From an uncultured bacterium (GTDB lineage Bacteria > Acidobacteriota > Thermoanaerobaculia > Multivoradales > JAHZIX01), in contig CBDUPA010000008.1 of assembly GCA_965368975.1 (NCBI GenBank), positions 96,001-160,000 of the forward strand: 64,000 nucleotides of DNA, in the 5' to 3' direction. The position numbers and the translations under genes were made by a program. The notes beneath the pieces were generated by a model that made no database searches, was not told where the DNA came from, and was given only the letters and a program-made list of their open reading frames with translations. Each line of letters begins with the position of its first letter. Position 1 is the stretch's first letter. Below are positions 12,202 through 21,680 of the stretch, in pieces.

Positions 12202-13174
12202 TTCGGGCTCCGCGGGAGCCACACCCGTCCGCATCGGCGTCCTGGGCACGGGCGCTCTGGGGCAGCACCATGTGCGGAACCTGGCGGATCTCTCGGCGGC
12301 ACCTCTGTCCGGTGAGACGATGCCTGCGGCTTGCCTGGTCGGCCACCACGACCCACACGCCGAGACGGCTGAGCGCGTCGCCGCCGAACACGGCAGCCGG
12401 GCTTTCGCTCGCGTCGAGGAACTGACCGAGCAAGTCGATGCGGTGGTGGTTGCGGCGCCGACCATCGAACACGCGGCGCTGGCGATTCCGCTGCTGCGCC
12501 GTGGCGTCCACGTGCTGGTCGAGAAGCCGATGGCCGCCACCCTGGACGAAGCCGACCGTATGCTCGACGCCGCCGCTGCCGGCGGTGCACAGTTGGGGGT
12601 CGGTCACATTGAGTTCTACAACCCAGCGGTGCAAGCAGTGCTCGACCGCGGCGCCCGTCCGGGCTACGTCGAGGTACAACGTTTGGGCACCTTCACCCGC
12701 CGCAGTCTCGATGTCGACGTCGTTCTCGACCTGATGATCCACGATCTGCAGATCCTGCACGCTCTCGATGCCGCGCCCGTCGCCGAGGTGCGCGCCACCG
12801 GCATCGAGGTGCTGTCGCAGCGCATCGATATCGCCAACGTGCGCATCGAGCTCGAGTCCGGCTGCGTCGCCAACCTGACCGCCTCGCGCGTGTCCTCCGA
12901 GAAAGTCCGCCGACTGCGTCTGTTCGGCCAGCAGAGCTACTTCTCGGTCGACTACCAGAGTCAGGAAGTCAAGAGCTACCGGCTGGACGCTTCCGGTGGC
13001 GAGCCCCGGATCGTCGACGATAGTCCGCAGGTCGAGCGCTGCGAACCCTTGCGCGCTGAACTGACGGCTTTCTTGCGGGTCTGCCGTGGCCAGCCGACGC
13101 GCTGGGTCGATGGACCGGTCGGGCGCCAGGCGCTGGCTACCGCCTTGGACGTCGTGACCGCGATCAAGAGCTGA
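12182..13174 (+). CDS. Gfo/Idh/MocA oxidoreductase, GnnA-like
   Basis: Rossmann GVLGTGALG, HVLVEKPMA, GHIEFYNP, DVVLDLMIHDL, NLTASRVS; overlaps lpxA end. Start GTG 12182 is tentative. Confidence 0.85.
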   Translation: MERTLADSGSAGATPVRIGVLGTGALGQHHVRNLADLSAAPLSGETMPAACLVGHHDPHAETAERVAAEHGSRAFARVEELTEQVDAVVVAAPTIEHAALAIPLLRRGVHVLVEKPMAATLDEADRMLDAAAAGGAQLGVGHIEFYNPAVQAVLDRGARPGYVEVQRLGTFTRRSLDVDVVLDLMIHDLQILHALDAAPVAEVRATGIEVLSQRIDIANVRIELESGCVANLTASRVSSEKVRRLRLFGQQSYFSVDYQSQEVKSYRLDASGGEPRIVDDSPQVERCEPLRAELTAFLRVCRGQPTRWVDGPVGRQALATALDVVTAIKS

Positions 13175-13321
13175 CAAGTACGGGCCCAGGCTCGAGTCCG
13201 AGTCGGTCCCGCCGCGTCTTCGGATCCGGGCCACGCGCTCGGGCGGGTGCCGCGGGTCCGCAATTCCAACGAATATCCCTACCGAAACGCGACAGTCGCG
13301 TAGAGACTTGCCGCGAGGAGA

Positions 13322-14200
13322 ATGACGATGAGCGATATCAAGATCGGTGTGATCGGAGGCAGCGGCCTCTACGAGATGGACGGCATGAAGGTGCTCGAAG
13401 AGCGGCGCATCGAGACGCCCTTCGGTGAGCCGTCGGATGCCTACATCATCGGTGAGCTGGACGGCACCAAGGTCGCCTTCCTGCCGCGCCACGGTCGTGG
13501 CCACAGGCTCTTGCCGTCGGAGCTGAACTTCCGCGCCAACATCTACGGCATGAAGGTGCTGGGTGTCGAGTGGATCATCTCGGTGTCCGCCGTCGGTTCG
13601 CTGCAGCTGCAGTATGAGCCGCTGCACATCGTGGTGCCCGACCAGTTCTACGACCGCACCCGCCACCGCGCCGACACCTTCTTCGGCAAGGGCCTGGTCG
13701 CCCATGTGTCGTTGGCCAACCCGGTGTGCGAGAAGCTGGCTGGCTGGGTGGCCGAGGGGGCCCGCAAGGCCGGCGCCACCGTGCACGAAGGCGGCACCTA
13801 CCTGAACATGGAAGGCCCGCTGTTCTCGACTCGCGCCGAGTCCGAGGTCTACCGCGGCTGGGGCTTCGACATCATCGGCATGACCAACCTGCAGGAAGCC
13901 AAGTTGGCCCGTGAAGCCGAGATGAGCTACGCTACGATGGCCATGGTCACAGACTATGACTGCTGGCACGAGGACGAAGCGGACGTCAGCGGTATCTCGG
14001 TCATGCAGGTTGTGCAGCAGAACGCGCGCACCGCGCAGGAAGCCGTGCGCAACGTCATCGGCCAGATTCCCGCCGGCGAGCGGAGCCCCTATGTGGGCAT
14101 CCTCGCGCAGTCCCTGATCACCGACGCGTCGGTGGTGCCGAACGAGACGCTCAAGAACCTCGAGCCGATCATCGGTCCCTACATGCCGCCGCGCGATTGA
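13322..14200 (+). CDS. mtnP: S-methyl-5'-thioadenosine phosphorylase
   Basis: IGVIGGSGLY, TPFGEPS, FLPRHGRGH, EGPLFSTRAES, VTDYDCW; GAGGAG RBS. Confidence 0.94.
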   Translation: MTMSDIKIGVIGGSGLYEMDGMKVLEERRIETPFGEPSDAYIIGELDGTKVAFLPRHGRGHRLLPSELNFRANIYGMKVLGVEWIISVSAVGSLQLQYEPLHIVVPDQFYDRTRHRADTFFGKGLVAHVSLANPVCEKLAGWVAEGARKAGATVHEGGTYLNMEGPLFSTRAESEVYRGWGFDIIGMTNLQEAKLAREAEMSYATMAMVTDYDCWHEDEADVSGISVMQVVQQNARTAQEAVRNVIGQIPAGERSPYVGILAQSLITDASVVPNETLKNLEPIIGPYMPPRD

Positions 14201-14233
14201 GCCCGTAAAAGGCAACTCAGAGGGGGGGAAAGT

Positions 14234-15031
14234 GTGACCCACATTCTGGTCACCAATGACGACGGTGTCTTCTCCGAAGGCATCCGGTTGCTGGCACAGG
14301 AGCTGCGCAAGATCGACGGCGTCCGCGCTACCGTAGTGGCGCCCGACCGCGAACAGAGCGCCTCTGGCCACAGCCTGACGTTGCACCGGCCGCTGCGCAT
14401 CCGCCAGCTGGACGAGGGCGAGTACACCGTCGACGGCACCCCCACTGACTGCGTCCACCTGGGGGTCCTCAGCCTGCTGGCCGAGGACCCACCGGACCTG
14501 GTTGCCTCGGGCATCAATTTCGGCACCAACCTGGGGGACGATGTCACCTACTCGGGTACTGTTAGTGCCACTTTCGAAGGTACGCTGCTCGGCATCCCCT
14601 CCGTCGCCTTCAGCCAGGAAGTCAGCGACCACTTTACCTTCGCCCCGGGCGCCCGGTTTGCCCGCAGCTTCATCGAGACCTTGCTGCGCCGTGACCTGGC
14701 CCCCGACTTGCTGCTCAACGTCAATATCCCTGCCGGCGCCATCGGTGGAGTCCGTTTCACTCGTCTCGGAAAGCGGCGCTACAACCAGAGCGTCGTTGAG
14801 AAGATCGATCCGCGTGGCCGCAAGTACTACTGGGTCGCGGGTTCGCCGCAGTGGGACCAGGAAGACGGCACCGATCAGCAAGCCTTGAGTCAAGGCCTCG
14901 TGAGTGTCACACCGCTGCACCTCGATCTCACCGACTACCGCGGTCTACAAGCCTACGAAGGCCTCCAGGGAGCTCTGGAGGCCTTGGGCCCGGCGCGAGA
15001 TTCTTCGGAAGAGAAGGGCCATGGCGGCTGA
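14234..15031 (+). CDS. surE: 5'/3'-nucleotidase SurE
   Basis: ILVTNDDG, VDGTPTDCV, SGINFGTNLG, YSGTVSA, VSVTPL. Confidence 0.96.
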   Translation: MTHILVTNDDGVFSEGIRLLAQELRKIDGVRATVVAPDREQSASGHSLTLHRPLRIRQLDEGEYTVDGTPTDCVHLGVLSLLAEDPPDLVASGINFGTNLGDDVTYSGTVSATFEGTLLGIPSVAFSQEVSDHFTFAPGARFARSFIETLLRRDLAPDLLLNVNIPAGAIGGVRFTRLGKRRYNQSVVEKIDPRGRKYYWVAGSPQWDQEDGTDQQALSQGLVSVTPLHLDLTDYRGLQAYEGLQGALEALGPARDSSEEKGHGG

Positions 15032-15758
15032 TCCACGTCCGCGCACCGAGAGTTCTGGCAGCTATCGCTACGGTAGCAACATGCTGCTGGGTCTCAAGCG
15101 CAAGGGGATCCGCGATGAGCGCGTTCTCGAAGCCATGGGCTCCGTTCCGCGGCACCTCTTCGTGCGCGGCTTGCTGACGAAGCAGGCCTACACTGGACAT
15201 GCTCTGCCCACCGAGGCCGAGCAGACGATTTCTCAGCCCTACATCGTCGCTCGTACGTGCGAGCTGTTGGAACTCGAACCAGACCACACCGTGCTGGAGG
15301 TCGGCACTGGCACCGGCTACCACACCAGTGTCTTGGCCCGCCTCGTTGGTCGCGTCTACAGCCTCGAGCGCGTCCACAGCCTGGCGCGTGACGCCATCCA
15401 ACGCGTGCGAGAGCTGGGCATCGACAACGTCAAGATCCAGACCTTCGACGGCACTGTCGGCTGGAGTGAAGCCGGCCCCTTCGACCGTATCCTGGTCACC
15501 GCCTGTGCGCCCAAGGCCCCGCCCCCGCTGATCGAGCAGCTCAAGGTCGGAGGGCGCCTGCTGATTCCCGAGTTCACTGGCCAGAAGCAGCACCTGGTGC
15601 TCTACCAGCACGAAGGAGATCGAGTCGTTCGTCGCGTCGGCGAGGAAGTCGCTTTCGTTCCGCTGGTCGGCCGTCATGGTTGGGCCAGCGCCGACGAAGC
15701 CGCCGATCAGGCCGCCGCGGCTCGGCAAGTTGACGGCCGGCCTGGAGGCACCCGATGA
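15021..15758 (+). CDS. pcm: Protein-L-isoaspartate O-methyltransferase
   Basis: VPRHLFV, QTISQPYIVA, VLEVGTGTGY, FVPLVG; follows surE. Start moved to ATG 15021. Confidence 0.94.
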   Translation: MAADPRPRTESSGSYRYGSNMLLGLKRKGIRDERVLEAMGSVPRHLFVRGLLTKQAYTGHALPTEAEQTISQPYIVARTCELLELEPDHTVLEVGTGTGYHTSVLARLVGRVYSLERVHSLARDAIQRVRELGIDNVKIQTFDGTVGWSEAGPFDRILVTACAPKAPPPLIEQLKVGGRLLIPEFTGQKQHLVLYQHEGDRVVRRVGEEVAFVPLVGRHGWASADEAADQAAAARQVDGRPGGTR

Positions 15759-16042
15759 GCGGTCGCATCCAGGCGATTCGCGCCGTCGTCACCGGCCGCG
15801 TCCAAGGCGTCGGTTTCCGCGCCTTCACGCGTCGCGCCGCGCTCGACCTGGATCTCGTCGGCTGGGTGCGCAACGCCGCGGACGGTACCGTCGAACTCGC
15901 GGCCGCCGGTCCCGTACAAGCCCTCGAGGCCTTCCGACGAGCTCTAGAGCAAGGTCCGCCGTTCTCGCGCGTCGATGCCGTCGACGAGACGACGATCGAG
16001 CCCGCTACCGTCGACTGCACAACTTTCGAAGTCCGCTTCTAG
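15755..16042 (+). CDS. acyP: Acylphosphatase
   Basis: VTGRVQGVGFR and GWVRNAADGTVE. Confidence 0.94.
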   Translation: MSGRIQAIRAVVTGRVQGVGFRAFTRRAALDLDLVGWVRNAADGTVELAAAGPVQALEAFRRALEQGPPFSRVDAVDETTIEPATVDCTTFEVRF

Positions 16043-16105
16043 CTTGCCCTTTCAACCCTTCTGTATCCATTTGCCACGGAACACTGCCACGGAGACGATG
16101 ACGCC

Positions 16106-16627
16106 ATGGACGACCTGACGAAATACATCCGCGAGGTTCCCGACTACCCCAAGCCGGGCATCCTCTTCTACGACATCACCACCCTGCTGCAGAACCCCAA
16201 GGCGCTGCGCATGACGTGCGACCGCTTCGTCTGGCTGTTCCACGATCAGCACATCGACAAGGTCGTCGGCATGGAAAGCCGCGGCTTCATGTTCGGCCCC
16301 ATCGTCGCCTACGACCTCAACGCCGGCTTTGTCCCCGTGCGCAAGCCGGGCAAGCTGCCGTACAAGACCAAGTCGGAGAGTTACGACCTGGAATACGGTA
16401 GCGACACGCTGGAGATCCACGAAGACGCGATTCTGCCCGGTGAGAAGGTCCTCATCGTCGACGACCTGATCGCCACCGGCGGCACCGCCGCCGCGACCGC
16501 GAACCTCGTCGAGCAACTCGGTGGAGAAGTGGTCGGTCTCGGCTTCGTGGTCGAGCTGACCTTCCTCGGCGGTCGCGACAAGCTGAACGGGTACGAGGTC
16601 CAGTCGCTGGTCAAGTACGACAGCTGA
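16106..16627 (+). CDS. apt: Adenine phosphoribosyltransferase
   Basis: [37 protein letters not shown]. Confidence 0.96.
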   Translation: MDDLTKYIREVPDYPKPGILFYDITTLLQNPKALRMTCDRFVWLFHDQHIDKVVGMESRGFMFGPIVAYDLNAGFVPVRKPGKLPYKTKSESYDLEYGSDTLEIHEDAILPGEKVLIVDDLIATGGTAAATANLVEQLGGEVVGLGFVVELTFLGGRDKLNGYEVQSLVKYDS

Positions 16628-16630
16628 GGC

Positions 16631-16819
16631 TCAGTCCTGGAGGTCGTACACGATTTCGATGAATGTGCGCCCTCCGCCGCTGGCGAATTCGGATTCAGCC
16701 TCGATCAAGCGCTGAACCAAGGCACGGTCGGATAGGATGTCCAAGGTCTCGATGAGGCCGTCGACTTCGCTGTCTGTTGGCGGGGTGAGGGGCACGAGTG
16801 CGGTGGTGGCCGAGGGCAT
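16631..16819 (-). CDS. Small protein resembling the C-terminal half of a Phd/YefM antitoxin (possibly a remnant)
   Basis: GLIETLDILSDRALVQRLIEAESEFASG matches the (E/D)xLxETLxILSD pattern of YefM-like antitoxins; TAGATT 6 nt upstream of ATG. Confidence 0.45.
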   Translation of the reverse strand: MPSATTALVPLTPPTDSEVDGLIETLDILSDRALVQRLIEAESEFASGGGRTFIEIVYDLQD

Positions 16820-16868
16820 GCTAGCAATCTACTCGATTTAGCTGGGGCTTGCAGCTGTGTGTTTGAGC

Positions 16869-16897
16869 TTGGTGGTGGCAGTTTTACCGCGTATACT
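16869..16897 (+). promoter_or_regulatory. Sigma70-type promoter for tRNA-Arg
   Basis: TTGGTG (16869-74), 17-nt spacer, TATACT (16892-97), 11 nt before the tRNA. Confidence 0.65.
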
Positions 16898-16908
16898 GTG
16901 TAGACTTT

Positions 16909-16985
16909 GCGGCTGTAGCTCAGGTGGATAGAGCAGGAGTTTCCTAAACTTCAGGTCGGGGGTTCGAGTCCCTCCAGCCGTACCA
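16909..16985 (+). tRNA. tRNA-Arg (anticodon CCT)
   Basis: Acceptor GCGGCTG/CAGCCGT, D-arm GCTC..GAGC, anticodon arm GGAGT-TTCCTAA-ACTTC, T-loop GGTTCGAGTCC, encoded CCA; 77 nt. Confidence 0.96.
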
Positions 16986-17077
16986 GTGCCTTGGAGTTGC
17001 CTTGTGCTGATCAGTCACGGCAGGCCAGACTTTTCGGTACATAGTTCAATTTGCAACAAAGAAGGGTCGTGTGAAAG

Positions 17078-18769
17078 ATGTTTGTAATAGATTATCTGAA
17101 ATTCGCAAAAGAGCACTCCATTCAAGTCCCTCCGTTCCACAGTGGACATCTGGGCTTGATGCCGCGCAGCGCAAAGCAAACCGCAGCTTTGTTGCATTCG
17201 GGGAACTATACTGATGGCTGTGAGATCTGCGTTACTCCGTACGAGCGGCCACTAAGCAGCTTGTTTCGCTTGAAGTGTGTTCTAAAAGAACAATCGGGAG
17301 TTGTTTATCGCCTGCTGCGAGCAATTGCTGCAATGGGACTGAACATTCTTTCCTGGGAGAGTGCGATCCTAGAATCGAAGAAAGGGCATGGAGTCTTCAT
17401 GCTCTTAGACTGGGGAACTGCTAAGAAAGATTTCCGAAAGAGGATTCCGCTCCCGAAATACATTGAAAATATCTTCTTCCCGCAACTTGCCGGTATTATT
17501 CCGGCTAATGATTTACGTTATTTATGCCTCTTGAGGCAAATTCTGGGTCAGTGTGCCGATGTTCTTCTTTGGGAAGGAGAACCCCACGAAGGGGTGGCTA
17601 TCCCAAGACTACGGGTTAGTGAATTTGAGGAAGAGAGAGATATTAAGGCGTCGGGCGCTGTTGAGATGATGGCATTAGAGGGGCGAAAGGTAAGGTTGGA
17701 AGATGCTGGCATTAGATTCAATTTGAACCCAAAGGTGTACGATGCGGTGCGATTTGAGACTGGCAGAGAGGAGGAGGAGGGGCCTTTGCCTTATATACTG
17801 CTTTCCGACATCGAATCTAAAACCTTGAGGATCTTTGTTCCCAGTAGGGGAAGAGAGAAGCGTATGATTCATCTTGCTTTCTCTCATAAGAATCGGCCTG
17901 GTGCTCTTTGCGCTATCACCGAGATCATTGCGAAGAGTAATCTGTCTATCGTCTCAGGTCTGGTTCGCAAAATGTCCGAGACCAGAAATATTCTTGAGGT
18001 GACGATTGAGCATGATTCGCGCTCGCTGAATAGACAGGAGTTGATTATCGACCCACGCATCTGGGCGCGTGAGAACCTAGCAATAGCAGATGATGAGACG
18101 GTGAGGCGCCTGCGCTACTTCGGGGTTTGTATCGAATCCCCTATGTACCCTAGTGATAAGAATTTTCCGAAGACAGCTCTTTACGAGAGAGGTGGAAGAG
18201 GACCTCAGGCGCTGGAGATCATGAGTTCTTGGGCGGCAGAGGTCGATGTCGAGACGATGCAAGAGAAAATTGACGAGAGCCCGGAGTATAAGTCCCGGAC
18301 TTGGCTAACTAATTTGGTTCTGGCTCCGGAATGGGGCCCAGAAGGAAAGCCGTCGATCTTTTTATCCTATCCGAAAGCTGCTTCAGCGCAAGCGGAAGTA
18401 GTTAAGAGCTTGCTCTGGGAGCGTTTTGAGATCCTAGTCCTGCAGGATGGAGATACGGAGACAATCACGCAGGGGGCGATCGATCGTATATGTGGGGCCC
18501 ATTTCTTTATTGGCCTCTGGCATCATGAGGGAGATGGGAAACGTGAGTTGTCACCTTGGATGCCCTTCGAATATGGCGTGGCCCGTAGTCACTCCAAACC
18601 CGCGATTCTTCTTTGTCATGAGAGTTTGCCTGAAAGGCTCGTCGATAGAATCGATCGAGATGTCTCCAGAATAGTCTACTGTAGTCTCATTGCTGAAGAA
18701 CCGAAGCGGCGAGAGTTGCTGAGGCGCTGCCAAGAGTGGTCAGCCCATCACCGAGTTCTAGCGATCTGA
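17078..18769 (+). CDS. Hypothetical 563-aa protein: two ACT-like domains plus C-terminal TIR/nucleoside-deoxyribosyltransferase-like domain
   Basis: ACT-like FRLKCVLKEQSGVVYRLLRAIAAMGLNILS and IHLAFSHKNRPGALCAITEIIAKSNLSIVS; TIR-like SIFLSYP...HFFIGLW...SPWMPFEYGVARSHSKPAILL. Low GC. Confidence 0.7.
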   Translation: MFVIDYLKFAKEHSIQVPPFHSGHLGLMPRSAKQTAALLHSGNYTDGCEICVTPYERPLSSLFRLKCVLKEQSGVVYRLLRAIAAMGLNILSWESAILESKKGHGVFMLLDWGTAKKDFRKRIPLPKYIENIFFPQLAGIIPANDLRYLCLLRQILGQCADVLLWEGEPHEGVAIPRLRVSEFEEERDIKASGAVEMMALEGRKVRLEDAGIRFNLNPKVYDAVRFETGREEEEGPLPYILLSDIESKTLRIFVPSRGREKRMIHLAFSHKNRPGALCAITEIIAKSNLSIVSGLVRKMSETRNILEVTIEHDSRSLNRQELIIDPRIWARENLAIADDETVRRLRYFGVCIESPMYPSDKNFPKTALYERGGRGPQALEIMSSWAAEVDVETMQEKIDESPEYKSRTWLTNLVLAPEWGPEGKPSIFLSYPKAASAQAEVVKSLLWERFEILVLQDGDTETITQGAIDRICGAHFFIGLWHHEGDGKRELSPWMPFEYGVARSHSKPAILLCHESLPERLVDRIDRDVSRIVYCSLIAEEPKRRELLRRCQEWSAHHRVLAI

Positions 18770-18788
18770 TGTGGAGACGCGTGGATTG

Positions 18789-21680
18789 TCAGGATGGAGA
18801 AGTAGGTACTGGTGGGATCGGTGCCCGCCATATCCCGAACTCCCGGCACAGTTCCTCAAACCCCTGGTGCGTCCAGCCCTTGGCCAGCAAATCGGCCGCT
18901 ACTGGCCGCGCCTCCTCGACCCTCCCGAGGCGCAGCAGCGCCCGTACCAGGCTGTCCAGCAGATACGCATGGTCGACGCGCTCACGCACGGGCTCGACGA
19001 CTTCGATGACGCGTAGCCAGGCGGATCGTGCGGCGGCGGTGTTGCCGAGTTGGAGTTCGCACTTGGCCAGCTCTAGCAAGAGCACGGCAGTGGTGTAGCG
19101 GGTCTCGGCATTGTCCGGATCGTCGACGATCTGAGCCTGTATTCTCGGTTCCAGTGCGCGCAGGCGGCGAGCGCCTTCGGCCGCACGACCCAGAGCGGTC
19201 AAGATTTGGGCGCGGATCGCTTCGGCGAGTGCCAGGTTGGTCAGGGAGCCCCGCTGCTGCGACGCGTCTCCCATCAACTCGACGGCTTGGGTGGCGTGCT
19301 GCAGGGCTTTCTCGGGCTGGCCGGTTTCGAGCAGGGTCACCGCCAGGCGGTAGGCGGTACCGGCTGCGAGTGGGGCGGCGGCGAGATCCGGACTGCGGCG
19401 GCCGAGGTCCTGGGCCAACGCCAGAGCCTCGGTGAAGGACGCGCGGGCCTCGTCCATCTGTCCCAGGTCATAGTGCACGATGCCAGTGCCGTCGATGGTG
19501 GACAGCAGGATGAACCGCACATCGAGATTGTCGGGCTGTTGGTTCAGAGCTTCTTCGCAGAGCTTGCGGACACGCGTGTAGGTCTCGAGCGCACCGGTCT
19601 TGTCCCCCTGGTCGCTGCGTGTGCGAGCGACTTCGTCCAGCGCACTGAGGTAGTTGACGACGTGTTGGGGTTCTTCCGGTTGCTCCTCGGAGAGTTTCCT
19701 GAAAGTGTCCGCGGCTTGCTGGTAGACGGCCTGAGCTTCTTCCATCTCGCCCTGGAAGAAGAGCGTTTGGCCAATGGTGGAGAAGGCGGCGCCACGGTTG
19801 GCGCGTTCTTCAGGGCTCAACTCTGCCGGATTGCGCTCAGCGTAGTACTCACCAGCCCTGCGGGCCACGGACTCCATGACGTCGACGCGCTCGATGTCGA
19901 CCAACCGCTCCCACAGATCTTCCAGCATGAAGGTCATCAAGCCTTCCGCTTCGGCGCGGGCGACGCGGGCGGCGTCGCGTTGCTGGCGCAGGCGTTCGGC
20001 GCCCAGGCGCTGGTCGTGCAGGTAGCGCCAGCCACCGGCGAGCAGGACGACGGCGAGAACTACCAGGCCAGCGAGAGCGAGACGGCGCTGGCGGCTCAGA
20101 GTGCGCTGGCGACGCTCGGCATCGTCGACTTGCTGCAAGAAGGTTTGACGCTCTCGACCAGCGGGTAGCTGGTCAGCCTGCACACGGGCCAACGTCAGAT
20201 CCTGCTGCGCCAACGCCATCTCGGTGTAGGTTGTGAGGTAGCGTCGGCGCAGATCGGGAACGGTGGGGTTGTCGGGCCACAAGGCTTCGGCTTCCTGCAC
20301 TCGGCTGAGCGCCTGGTTCAGGGCGGCGTAGTCCGGGGCGCGCGACTCCTGCAGCTCGTGTGTGATCTGGCGCGACCGACGCTTCTGAGCGGCGCCGCTC
20401 TGGTAAGCTTCCAAGGCCGCGATGAAGCCTTCGACGGTAGCGGGCTCGCGCGCTTCGCTGTCGCGCTGCAGCACGCCCATGGCGAGGTCGCTGAGTTCCT
20501 GGGGGACGCGCCGCCCGGGTGTGCGGATCTCGGGAGGTAGGACATCCTCGCGGGCAGCTTCGAGGAAGGCGGCGAGGCTGTTGCGGGCTCGGTGCGGGGA
20601 GGTGCCAGTGAGGAGGTAGTAGAGGATGCCGCCGAGGAGGTAGAGGTCGGTCCAAGGACCGAGGGCTCCCGGATCGTCGTAGGTTTGCTCGGGCGCCATG
20701 AAGCTGGGCGTTCCGGCCGGGCCGTAGCTGCCGCTGACAGCGGACGCCGAGTCGTCGGCACTGCCGTTGGCCGCACCGCCCGCGATCTGCGTGCGCGCGT
20801 CTCCGAAGGGCGAGGCGATTCCCCAGTCCATCAGCTGGACTTCGCCGAATTCTCCGACCATCACCTGGTGGGGCTTCAGGTCGCGGTGCAGGATGCCGCG
20901 CGAATGCGCAAAGGCGACGGCCTGGGCGACATCCAGCAAGATGGCGAGATGCCGCTGTAGGAAGTCGCCAAGGGGCTGGTCGTCCGACAAGCGATCAAGA
21001 TCCTCGTGGATCAGCTCGTTCCACGGCCGCCCCCGGACCATCTTCAAGCCGAGCAGCGTGCGGTTGTCGGCGGTGGACGCCAGCTGGTACACCGGGACGA
21101 TGTTCGGGTGTTCGAGACGGGCGGTCGTCAGCGCTTCTTGGCGGAACTGCAGTTCCATCAGCTGGCGCTGTTCCGGGCTCGCCAGCTGCAAGCGATCATC
21201 ACGCAGGGTCTTGACCGCGATCTCGCGCCCGAGGTCGCGCTGAATGCCGCGCCAGACCTCGCCAAACCCACCCTGTGCCAGCGGTTCGACGAGTTCGAAG
21301 GCTCTGACTTCGCAGGTATCGGCCGCCGGCTCGGGGAATATCTGCTGGGCGGAGGTGCTCGGGCTGGGTGGCGATGCTTCCGTAGGTGCGTCGAAACTCG
21401 AGGCTTCGAGCTGGCGCAAGGAGGAGCGCAGCGGGTCGTAGGTCAGGGTCGGGTCGGGTGCCAGATCGTCGGGAGCCCGGCTGCCAGCGGAGCGTTCCTG
21501 TCTTCGTGGCTCGACGGTCTCGGTCTCCAGGGCGCTCGACGACTCCGGGCTAGGCCGGGCATCTGGTGCAGCCCCGATAGCGACTGTTGGGGCGGTTTGG
21601 TCCACATCCAGTTGGTCTGGAGCGGCCTCGTCCAGAGTGGAACGTGGAGGCACTGCCGAGGGTTGCTTGGAGGAAGCCAT
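18789..21680 (-). CDS. Hanks-type Ser/Thr protein kinase with TM helix and C-terminal TPR-like repeats
   Basis: LAQGGFGEVW, IAVK, HRDLKP, DWG, GTPSFMAPEQ; TM LALAGLVVLAVVLLAGGW; helical repeats afterwards. Confidence 0.9.
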   Translation of the reverse strand: MASSKQPSAVPPRSTLDEAAPDQLDVDQTAPTVAIGAAPDARPSPESSSALETETVEPRRQERSAGSRAPDDLAPDPTLTYDPLRSSLRQLEASSFDAPTEASPPSPSTSAQQIFPEPAADTCEVRAFELVEPLAQGGFGEVWRGIQRDLGREIAVKTLRDDRLQLASPEQRQLMELQFRQEALTTARLEHPNIVPVYQLASTADNRTLLGLKMVRGRPWNELIHEDLDRLSDDQPLGDFLQRHLAILLDVAQAVAFAHSRGILHRDLKPHQVMVGEFGEVQLMDWGIASPFGDARTQIAGGAANGSADDSASAVSGSYGPAGTPSFMAPEQTYDDPGALGPWTDLYLLGGILYYLLTGTSPHRARNSLAAFLEAAREDVLPPEIRTPGRRVPQELSDLAMGVLQRDSEAREPATVEGFIAALEAYQSGAAQKRRSRQITHELQESRAPDYAALNQALSRVQEAEALWPDNPTVPDLRRRYLTTYTEMALAQQDLTLARVQADQLPAGRERQTFLQQVDDAERRQRTLSRQRRLALAGLVVLAVVLLAGGWRYLHDQRLGAERLRQQRDAARVARAEAEGLMTFMLEDLWERLVDIERVDVMESVARRAGEYYAERNPAELSPEERANRGAAFSTIGQTLFFQGEMEEAQAVYQQAADTFRKLSEEQPEEPQHVVNYLSALDEVARTRSDQGDKTGALETYTRVRKLCEEALNQQPDNLDVRFILLSTIDGTGIVHYDLGQMDEARASFTEALALAQDLGRRSPDLAAAPLAAGTAYRLAVTLLETGQPEKALQHATQAVELMGDASQQRGSLTNLALAEAIRAQILTALGRAAEGARRLRALEPRIQAQIVDDPDNAETRYTTAVLLLELAKCELQLGNTAAARSAWLRVIEVVEPVRERVDHAYLLDSLVRALLRLGRVEEARPVAADLLAKGWTHQGFEELCREFGIWRAPIPPVPTSPS

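Noticed and set aside
13175-13321. Possible SAM/SAH riboswitch upstream of mtnP
   Set aside because: Only short GC hairpins (e.g. ACGCGAC-A-GTCGCGT); no riboswitch consensus recognised.
12131-14920. 929-aa minus-strand ORF, and similar long antisense ORFs (4024-5532, 30234-32054, 39273-41201)
   Set aside because: Shadow ORFs opposite well-supported genes; expected from high-GC codon bias; no motifs.
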